Below, in pieces: positions 53,352-64,000 of a stretch of 64,000 nucleotides of DNA. Source of the stretch: Paragordius varius (Eukaryota > Animalia > Nematomorpha); contig OZ176051.1 in assembly GCA_964247055.1 (NCBI GenBank), positions 682,001-746,000 on the forward strand. The letters are read 5' to 3'. The position numbers and the translations under genes were made by a program. The notes under the pieces are model-generated. The model was not told the DNA's origin. It saw only the letters and a list, made by a program, of their open reading frames with translations, and searched no databases. The number at the start of each line of letters is the position of its first letter. The stretch's first letter is position 1.

Positions 53352-56300
53352 ACTACATCAAAATATAGAGATAGTTTGGCAAACTCTTTCATATCCGATT
53401 TTTACAACGATACTTTAAAAATTAATGTATAAAACTAGTCGCATCAATACTCAAGTTAAACTTTGTCCTTAAAAATCGGATATTGGTCACCGGTGAACAA
53501 AATTATTTTATTTACTTTCTCTTAGTAAGACTACATCAAAATATAGAAATAGTTTGACAAACTCTTTCATATCCGATTTTTACAACGATACTTTAAAAAT
53601 TAATGTATAAAACTAGTCGGATCAATACTCAAGCTAAACTTTGTCCTTAAAAATCGGATATTGGTCACCGGTGAACAAAATTATTTTTTATACATTCTCT
53701 TAGTAAGACTACATCAAAATATAGAGATAGTTTGACAAACTCTTTCATATCCGATTTTTACAACGATATTTAAAAATTAATATATAAAACTAGTCGTATC
53801 AATAAATCGCATACACACTCAAGTTAAACTTTGTCCTTAAAAATCGGATATTGGTCAACCGGTGAACAAAATTATTTTTTATACATTCTCTTAGTAAGAC
53901 TACATCAAAATATAGAGATTTTGACAAACTCTTTCATATCCGATTTTTACAATGATACTTTAAAAATAAATGTATAAAACTAGGCGTATCAATAAATCGC
54001 ATCAATACTCAAGTTAAACTTTGTCCTTAAAAATCGGATATTGGTCACCGGTGAACAAAATTATTTTTTATACATTCTCTTAGTAGGACTACATCAAAAT
54101 ATAGAGATAGTTTGGCAAACTGTTTCATATCCGATTTTTACAACGATACTTTAAAAATTAATGTATAAAACTAGTCGCATCAATACTCAAGTTAAACTTT
54201 GTCCTTAAAAATCGAATATTGGTCACCGGTGAACAAAACTATTTTTTATACATTCTCTTAGTAAGACTACATCAAAATATAGAGATAGTTTGACAAACTC
54301 TTTCATATCCGATTTTTACAACGATATTTAAAAATTAATATACAAAACTAGTCGTATCAATAAATCGCATACACACTCAAGTTAAACTTTGTCCTTAAAA
54401 ATCGGATATTGGTCAACCGGTGAACAAAATTATTTTTTATACATTCTCTTAGTAAGACTACATCAAAATATAGAGATTTTGACAAACTCTTTCATATCCG
54501 ATTTTTACAATGATACTTTAAAAATAAATGTATAAAACTAGGCGTATCAATAAATCGCATCAATAGTCAAGTTAAACTTTGTCCTTAAAAATCGGATATT
54601 GGTCACCGGTGAACAAAATTATTTTTTATACATTCTCTTAGTAGGACTACATCAAAATATAGAGATAGTTTGGCAAACTGTTTCATATCCGATTTTTACA
54701 ACGATACTTTAAAAATTAATGTATAAAACTAGTCGCATCAATACTCAAGTTAAACTTTGTCCTTAAAAATCGAATATTGGTCACCGGTGAACAAAATAAT
54801 TTTTTATACATTCTCATAGGAGTACATCAAAATATAGAAATAGTTTTACAAACTCTTTCATATGCGATTTTTACAACGATGCTTTAAAAATTAATGTATT
54901 AAACTAGTCGCATCAATACTCATGCTAAACATTGTCCTTAAAAATCGGATATTGGTCACCGGTGAACAAAACTATTTTTTATACATTCTCTTAGTAAGAC
55001 TACATCAAAATATAGAGATAGTTAGACAAACTCTTTCATATCCGATTTTTACAACGATACTTTAAAAATTAATGTATAAAACTAGGCGTATCAATAAATC
55101 GCATCAATACTCAAGTTAAACTTTCTCCTTAAAAATCGGATATTGGTCACCGATGAACAAAATTATTTTTTATACATTCTCTTAGTAGGACTTCATCAAA
55201 ATATAGAGATAGTTTGGCAAACTCTTTCATATCCGATTTTTACAACGATACTTTAAAAATTAATGTATAAAACTAGTCGCATCAATACTCAAGTTAAACT
55301 TTGTCCTTAAAAATCGGATATTGGTCACCGGTGAACAAAATTATTTTATTTACTTTCTCTTAGTAAGACTACATCAAAATATAGAAATAGTTTGACAAAC
55401 TCTTTCATATCCGATTTTTACAACGATACTTTAAAAATTAATGTATAAAACTAGTCGGATCAATACTCAAGCTAAACTTTGTCCTTAAAAATCGGATATT
55501 GGTCACCGGTGAACAAAATTATTTTTTATACATTCTCTTAGTAAGACTACATCAAAATATAGAGATAGTTTGACAAACTCTTTCATATCCGATTTTTACA
55601 ACGATATTTAAAAATTAATATATAAAACTAGTCGTATCAATAAATCGCATACACACTCAAGTTAAACTTTGTCCTTAAAAATCGGATATTGGTCAACCGG
55701 TGAACAAAATTATTTTTTATACATTCTCTTAGTAAGACTACATCAAAATATAGAGATTTTGACAAACTCTTTCATATCCGATTTTTACAATGATACTTTA
55801 AAAATAAATGTATAAAACTAGGCGTATCAATAAATCGCATCAATACTCAAGTTAAACTTTGTCCTTAAAAATCGGATATTGGTCACCGGTGAACAAAATT
55901 ATTTTTTATACATTCTCTTAGTAGGACTACATCAAAATATAGAGATAGTTTGGCAAACTGTTTCATATCCGATTTTTACAACGATACTTTAAAAATTAAT
56001 GTATAAAACTAGTCGCATCAATACTCAAGTTAAACTTTGTCCTTAAAAATCGAATATTGGTCACCGGTGAACAAAACTATTTTTTATACATTCTCTTAGT
56101 AAGACTACATCAAAATATAGAGATAGTTTGACAAACTCTTTCATATCCGATTTTTACAACGATATTTAAAAATTAATATACAAAACTAGTCGTATCAATA
56201 AATCGCATACACACTCAAGTTAAACTTTGTCCTTAAAAATCGGATATTGGTCAACCGGTGAACAAAATTATTTTTTATACATTCTCTTAGTAAGACTACA

Positions 56301-57154
56301 TCAAAATATAGAGATTTTGACAAACTCTTTCATATCCGATTTTTACAATGATACTTTAAAAATAAATGTATAAAACTAGGCGTATCAATAAATCGCATCA
56401 ATAGTCAAGTTAAACTTTGTCCTTAAAAATCGGATATTGGTCACCGGTGAACAAAATTATTTTTTATACATTCTCTTAGTAGGACTACATCAAAATATAG
56501 AGATAGTTTGGCAAACTGTTTCATATCCGATTTTTACAACGATACTTTAAAAATTAATGTATAAAACTAGTCGCATCAATACTCAAGTTAAACTTTGTCC
56601 TTAAAAATCGAATATTGGTCACCGGTGAACAAAATAATTTTTTATACATTCTCATAGGAGTACATCAAAATATAGAAATAGTTTGACAAACTCTTTCATA
56701 TGCGATTTTTACAACGATGCTTTAAAAATTAATGTATTAAACTAGTCGCATCAATACTCATGCTAAACATTGTCCTTAAAAATCGGATATTGGTCACCGG
56801 TGAACAAAACTATTTTTTATACATTCTCTTAGTAAGACTACATCAAAATATAGAGATAGTTAGACAAACTCTTTCATATCCGATTTTTACAACGATACTT
56901 TAAAAATTAATGTATAAAACTAGGCGTATCAATAAATCGCATCAATACTCAAGTTAAACTTTCTCCTTAAAAATCGGATATTGGTCACCGATGAACAAAA
57001 TTATTTTTTATACATTCTCTTAGTAGGACTTCATCAAAATATAGAGATAGTTTGGCAAACTCTTTCATATCCGATTTTTACAACGATACTTTAAAAATTA
57101 ATGTATAAAACTAGTCGCATCAATACTCAAGTTAAACTTTGTCCTTAAAAATCG
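53352..57154 (+). repeat. Local 10-mer higher-order repeat, 1838 bp, 2 copies, each containing an internal 558-bp trimer duplication
   Basis: acacactc at 53813/54371 and 55651/56209, caatagtc 54561/56399, ctcatagg 54813/56651, ggactt 55188/57026. Confidence 0.9.
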
Positions 57155-60100
57155 AATATTGGTCACCGGTGAACAAAATAATTTTTTATACATTCTCTTA
57201 GGAGTACATCAAAATATAGAAATAGTTTGACAAACTCTTTCATATGCGATTTTTACAACGATGCTTTAAAAATTAATGTATTAAACTAGTCGCATCAATA
57301 CTCAAGCTAAACATTGTCCTTAAAAATCGGATATTGGTCACCGGTGAACAAAACTATTTTTTATACATTCTCTTAGTAAGACTACATCAAAATATAGAGA
57401 TAGTTTGACAAACTCTTTCATATCCGATTTTTACAACGATACTTTAAAAATTAATGTATAAAACTAGGCGTATCAATAAATCGCATCAATACTCAAGTTA
57501 AACTTTCTCCTTAAAAATCGGATATTGGTCACCGATGAACAAAAGTATTTTTTATACATTCTCTTAGTAAGACTACATCAAAATATAGAGATAGTTTGAC
57601 AAACTCTTTCATATCCGATTTTTACAACGATACTTTAAAAATTAATGTATAAAACTAGTCGTATCAATAAATCGCATCAATACTCAAGTTAAACTTTGTC
57701 CTTAAAAATCAGATATTGGTCACCGGTGAACAAAATAATTTTTTATACATTCTCTTAGTAAGACTACATATAAAAATATAGAAATAGTTTGACAAACTCT
57801 TTCATATCCGATTTTTACAACGATACTTTAAAAATTAATGTATAAAACTAGTCGCATCAATACTCAAGTTAAACTTTGTCCTTAAAAATCGGATATTGGT
57901 CACCGGTGAACAAAAGTATTTTTTATACATTCTCTTAGTAAGACTACATCAAAATATAGAGATAGTTTGACAAACTCTTTCATATCCGATTTTTACAACG
58001 ATACTTTAAATATTAATGTGTTAAACTAGTCGCATCAATACTCAAGTTAAACTTTGTCCTTAAAAATCGGATATTGGTCACCGGTGAACAAAAGTATTTT
58101 TTATACATTCTCTTAGTAAGACTACATCAAAATATAGAGATAGTTTGACAAACTCTTTCATATCCGATTTTTACAACGATACTTTAAAAATTAATGTATA
58201 AAACTAGTCGTATCAATAAATCGCATCAATACTCAAGTTAAACTTTGTCCTTAAAAATCAGATATTGGTCACCGGTGAACAAAATAATTTTTTATACATT
58301 CTCTTAGTAAGACTACATATAAAAATATAGAAATAGTTTGACAAACTCTTTCATATCCGATTTTTACAACGATACTTTAAAAATTAATGTATAAAACTAG
58401 TCGCATCAATACTCAAGTTAAACTTTGTCCTTAAAAATCGGATATTGGTCACCGGTGAACAAAATTATTTTATTTACTTTCTCTTAGTAAGACTACATCA
58501 AAATATAGAAATAGTTTGACAAACTCTTTCATATCCGATTTTTACAACGATACTTTAAAAATTATGGTATTAAACCAGTCGCATCAATACTCAAGTTAAA
58601 CTTTGTCCTTAAAAATCGGATATTGGTCACCGGTGAACAAAATTATTTTTTATACATTCTCTTAGTAAGACTACATCAAAATATAGAGATAGTTTGACAA
58701 ACTCTTTCATATCCGATTTTTACAAGGATACTTTAAAAATTAATGTATAAAACTAGTCGTATCAATAAATCGCATCAATACTCAAGTTAAACTTTCTCCT
58801 TAAAAATCGGATATTGATCACCGGTGAACAAAATTATTTTTTATACATTCTCTTAGTAGGACTACATCAAAATATAGAGATAGTTTGGCAAACTCTTTCA
58901 TATCCGATTTTTACAACGATACTTTAAAAATTATGGTATTAAACCAGTCGCATCAATACTCAAGTTAAACTTTGTCCTTAAAAATCAGATATTGGTCACC
59001 GGTGAACAAAATAATTTTTTATACATTCTCTTAGTAAGACTACATATAAAAATATAGAAATAGTTTGACAAACTCTTTCATAACCGATTTTTACAACGAT
59101 ACTTTAAAAATTATGGTATTAAACCAGTCGCATCAATACTCAAGTTAAACTTTGTCCTTAAAAATCGGATATTGGTCACCGGTAAACAAAATTATTTTTT
59201 ATACATTCTCTTAGTAAGACTACATCAAAATATAGAGATAGTTTGACAAACTCTTTCATATCCGATTTTTACAACGATACTTTAAAAATTATTGTATTAA
59301 ACCAGTCGCATCAATACTCAAGTTAAACTTTGTCCTTAAAAATCGGATATTGGTCACCGGTGAACAAAACTATTTTTTTTACATTCTCTTAGTAAGACTA
59401 CATTAAAATATAGAGATAATTTGACAAACTCTTTCATATCCGATTTTTACAACGATACTTTAAAAATTAATGTAAAAAACTAGGCGTATCAATAAATCGC
59501 ATCAATACTCAAGTTAAACTTTCTCCTTAAAAATCGGATATTGGTCACCGATGAACAAAATTATTTTTTATACATTCTCTTAGTAGGACTACATCAAAAT
59601 ATAGAGATAGTTTGGCAAACTCTTTCATATCCGATTTTTACAACGATACTTTAAAAATTAATGTATAAAACTAGTCGCATCAATACTCAAGTTAAACTTT
59701 GTCCTTAAAAATCGGATATTGGTCACCGGTGAACAAAATTATTTTATTTACTTTCTCTTAGTAAGACTACATCAAAATATAGAAATAGTTTGACAAACTC
59801 TTTCATATCCGATTTTTACAACGATACTTTAAAAATTAATGTATAAAACTAGTCGGATCAATACTCAAGCTAAACTTTGTCCTTAAAAATCGGATATTGG
59901 TCACCGGTGAACAAAATTATTTTTTATACATTCTCTTAGTAAGACTACATCAAAAGATAGAGATAGTTTGACAAACTCTTTCATATCCGATTTTTACAAC
60001 GATACTTTAAAAATTATGGTATTAAACCAGTCGCATCAATACTCAAGTTAAACTTTGTCCTTAAAAATCGAATATTGGTCACCGGTGAACAAAACTATTT

Positions 60101-63100
60101 TTTATACATTCTCTTAGTAAGACTACATCAAAATATAGAGATAGTTTGACAAACTCTTTCATATCCGATTTTTACAACGATATTTAAAAATTAATATATA
60201 AAACTAGTCGTATCAATAAATCGCATACACACTCAAGTTAAACTTTGTCCTTAAAAATCGGATATTGGTCAACCCGTGAATAAAATTATTTTTTATACAT
60301 TCTCTTAGTAAGACTACATCAAAATATAGAGATAGTTAGACAAACTCTTTCATATCCGATTTTTACAACGATACTTTAAAAATTAATGTATAAAACTAGG
60401 CGTATCAATAAATCGCATCAATACTCAAGTTAAACTTTCTCCTTAAAAATCGGATATTGGTCACCGATGAACAAAATTATTTTTTATACATTCTCTTAGT
60501 AGGACTTCATCAAAATATAGAGATAGTTTGGCAAACTCTTTCATATCCGATTTTTACAACGATACTTTAAAAATTAATGTATAAAACTAGTCGCATCAAT
60601 ACTCAAGTTAAACTTTGTCCTTAAAAATCGAATATTGGTCACCGGTGAACAAAATAATTTTTTATACATTCTCTTAGGAGTACATCAAAATATAGAAATA
60701 GTTTGACAAACTCTTTCATATGCGATTTTTACAACGATGCTTTAAAAATTAATGTATTAAACTAGTCGCATCAATACTCAAGCTAAACATTGTCCTTAAA
60801 AATCGGATATTGGTCACCGGTGAACAAAACTATTTTTTATACATTCTCTTAGTAAGACTACATCAAAATATAGAGATAGTTTGACAAACTCTTTCATATC
60901 CGATTTTTACAACGATACTTTAAAAATTAATGTATAAAACTAGGCGTATCAATAAATCGCATCAATACTCAAGTTAAACTTTCTCCTTAAAAATCGGATA
61001 TTGGTCACCGATGAACAAAATTATTTTTTATACATTCTCTTAGTAGGACTTCATCAAAATATAGAGATAGTTTGGCAAACTCTTTCATATCCGATTTTTA
61101 CAACGATACTTTAAAAATTAATGTATAAAACTAGTCGCATCAATACTCAAGTTAAACTTTGTCCTTAAAAATCGGATATTGGTCACCGGTGAACAAAATT
61201 ATTTTATTTACTTTCTCTTAGTAAGACTACATCAAAATATAGAAATAGTTTGACAAACTCTTTCATATCCGATTTTTACAACGATACTTTAAAAATTATG
61301 GTATTAAACCAGTCGCATCAATACTCAAGTTAAACTTTCTCCTTAAAAATCGGATATTGGTCACCGGTGAACAAAATTATTTTTTATACATTCTCTTAGT
61401 AAGACTACATCAAAATATAGAGATAGTTTGACAAACTCTTTCATATCCGATTTTTACAACGATACTTTAAAAATTAATGTATAAAACTAGTCGTATCAAT
61501 AAATCGCATCAATACTCAAGTTAAACTTTCTCCTTAAAAATCGGATATTGATCACCGGTGAACAAAATTATTTTTTATACATTCTCTTAGTAGGACTACA
61601 TCAAAATATAGAGATAGTTTGGCAAACTCTTTCATATCCGATTTTTACAACGATAACTCAAAAATTATGGTATTAAACCAGTCGCATCAATACTCAAGTT
61701 AAACTTTGTCCTTAAAAATCAGATATTGGTCACCGGTGAACAAAATAATTTTTTATACATTCTCTTAGTAAGACTACATATAAAAATATAGAAATAGTTT
61801 GACAAACTCTTTCATAACCGATTTTTACAACGATACTTTAAAAATTATGGTATTAAACCAGTCGCATCAATACTCAAGTTAAACTTTGTCCTTAAAAATC
61901 GGATATTGGTCACCGGTAAACAAAATTATTTTTTATACATTCTCTTAGTAAGACTACATCAAAATATAGAGATAGTTTGACAAACTCTTTCATATCCGAT
62001 TTTTACAACGATACTTTAAAAATTATGGTATTAAACCAGTCGCATCAATACTCAAGTTAAACTTTGTCCTTAAAAATCGGATATTGGTCACCGGTGAACA
62101 AAACTATTTTTTTTACATTCTCTTAGTAAGCTACATCAAAATATAGAGATAATTTGACAAACTCTTTCATATCCGATTTTTACAACGATACTTTAAAAAT
62201 TAATGTATAAAACTAGGCGTATCAATAAATCGCATCAATACTCAAGTTAAACTTTCTCCTTAAAAATCGGATATTGGTCACCGATGAACAAAATTATTTT
62301 TTATACATTCTCTTAGTAAGACTACATCAAAATATAGAAATAGTTTGACAAACTCTTTCATATCCGATTTTTACAACGATACTTTAAAAATTAATGTATA
62401 AAACTAGTCGGATCAATACTCAAGCTAAACTTTGTCCTTAAAAATCGGATATTGGTCACCGGTGAACAAAATTATTTTTTATACATTCTCTTAGTAAGAC
62501 TACATCAAAAGATAGAGATAGTTTGACAAACTCTTTCATATCCGATTTTTACAACGATACTTTAAAAATTATGGTATTAAACCAGTCGCATCAATACTCA
62601 AGTTAAACTTTGTCCTTAAAAATCGAATATTGGTCACCGGTGAACAAAACTATTTTTTATACATTCTCTTAGTAAGACTACATCAAAATATAGAGATAGT
62701 TTGACAAACTCTTTCATATCCGATTTTTACAACGATATTTAAAAATTAATATATAAAACTAGTCGTATCAATAAATCGCATACACACTCAAGTTAAACTT
62801 TGTCCTTAAAAATCGGATATTGGTCAACCGGTGAACAAAATTATTTTTTATACATTCTCTTAGTAAGACTACATCAAAATATAGAGATTTTGACAAACTC
62901 TTTCATATCCGATTTTTACAATGATACTTTAAAAATAAATGTATAAAACTAGGCGTATCAATAAATCGCATCAATACTCAAGTTAAACTTTGTCCTTAAA
63001 AATCGGATATTGGTCACCGGTGAACAAAATTATTTTTTATACATTCTCTTAGTAGGACTACATCAAAATATAGAGATAGTTTGGCAAACTGTTTCATATC

Positions 63101-64000
63101 CGATTTTTACAACGATACTTTAAAAATTAATGTATAAAACTAGTCGCATCAATACTCAAGTTAAACTTTGTCCTTAAAAATCGAATATTGGTCACCGGTG
63201 AACAAAATAATTTTTTATACATTCTCTTAGGAGTACATCAAAATATAGAAATAGTTTGACAAACTCTTTCATATGCGATTTTTACAACGATGCTTTAAAA
63301 ATTAATGTATTAAACTAGTCGCATCAATACTCAAGCTAAACATTGTCCTTAAAAATCGGATATTGGTCACCGGTGAACAAAACTATTTTTTATACATTCT
63401 CTTAGTAAGACTACATCAAAATATAGAGATAGTTTGACAAACTCTTTCATATCCGATTTTTACAACGATACTTTAAAAATTAATGTATAAAACTAGTCGT
63501 ATCAATAAATCGCATCAATACTCAAGTTAAACTTTCTCCTTAAAAATCGGATATTGGTCACCGGTGAACAAAACTATTTTTTATACATTATCTAGTAAGA
63601 CTACATCAAAATATAGAGATAGTTTGACAAACTCTTTCATATCCGATTTTTACAACGATATTTAAAAATTAATATATAAAACTAGTCGTATCAATAAATC
63701 GCATACACACTCAAGTTAAACTTTGTCCTTAAAAATCGGATATTGGTCAACCGGTGAACAAAATTATTTTTTATACATTCTCTTAGTAGGACTACATCAA
63801 AATATAGAGATAGTTTGGCAAACTCTTTCATATCCGATTTTTACAACGATACTTTAAAAATTAATGTATAAAACTAGTCGCATCAATACTCAAGTTAAAC
63901 TTTGTCCTTAAAAATCGAATATTGGTCACCGGTGAACAAAACTATTTTTTATACATTCTCTTAGTAAGACTACATCAAAATATAGAGATAGTTTGACAAA

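Larger units (their letters stand above)
1..64000 (+). repeat. Tandem satellite DNA array, 178/191-bp monomers, head-to-tail, about 350 copies, truncated at both window edges; centromeric/pericentromeric-type organisation
   Basis: The motif ...cgcatcaatactcaagttaaactttgtccttaaaaatcggatattggtcaccggtgaacaaaa... recurs every 178 bp (5085, 5263, 5441) or 191 bp (200, 391) from start to end in one orientation. No unique sequence was seen. The centromeric location is inference only. Confidence 0.99.

Noticed and set aside
1-64000. CRISPR array (regular repeats with a palindromic core)
   Set aside because: The sequence between palindromes is near-identical rather than unique spacer, the period of 178-191 bp is too long, and there are no cas genes.
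1-64000. Assignment to a known 178-bp satellite (for example Arabidopsis CEN178) or to a species
   Set aside because: Only the length matches. I see no sequence similarity to families I can recall, and a BLAST/Repbase/PlantSat search of the consensus is needed.

Overview
The whole 64 kb window is one uninterrupted, head-to-tail satellite DNA array that runs off both edges. It holds about 350 monomers at about 29% GC, all on the same strand. I see no gene, RNA gene, CRISPR array or transposon insertion, and the seven supplied ORFs are chance read-throughs of the repeat. The basic monomer is 178 bp. A common 191-bp form carries a diverged 13-bp internal tandem duplication, and rarer deletion forms exist. 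Size, AT richness and organisation resemble a eukaryotic (peri)centromeric satellite, but I do not recognise the family (it does not match Arabidopsis CEN178 or alpha satellite as I know them), so I assign no species. Two things stand out. (i) Each monomer contains a perfect 14-bp inverted repeat, TA-bounded, enclosing four further short dyads. (ii) Private variants record a layered history: many local higher-order repeats (3- to 17-mers), nested and long-range duplications, a homogeneous core at about 35-41 kb, and a variant-family switch near 41.4 kb. I found no new protein-coding system. All periods and breakpoints were read by eye from diagnostic variants and may be off by a few to tens of bp.
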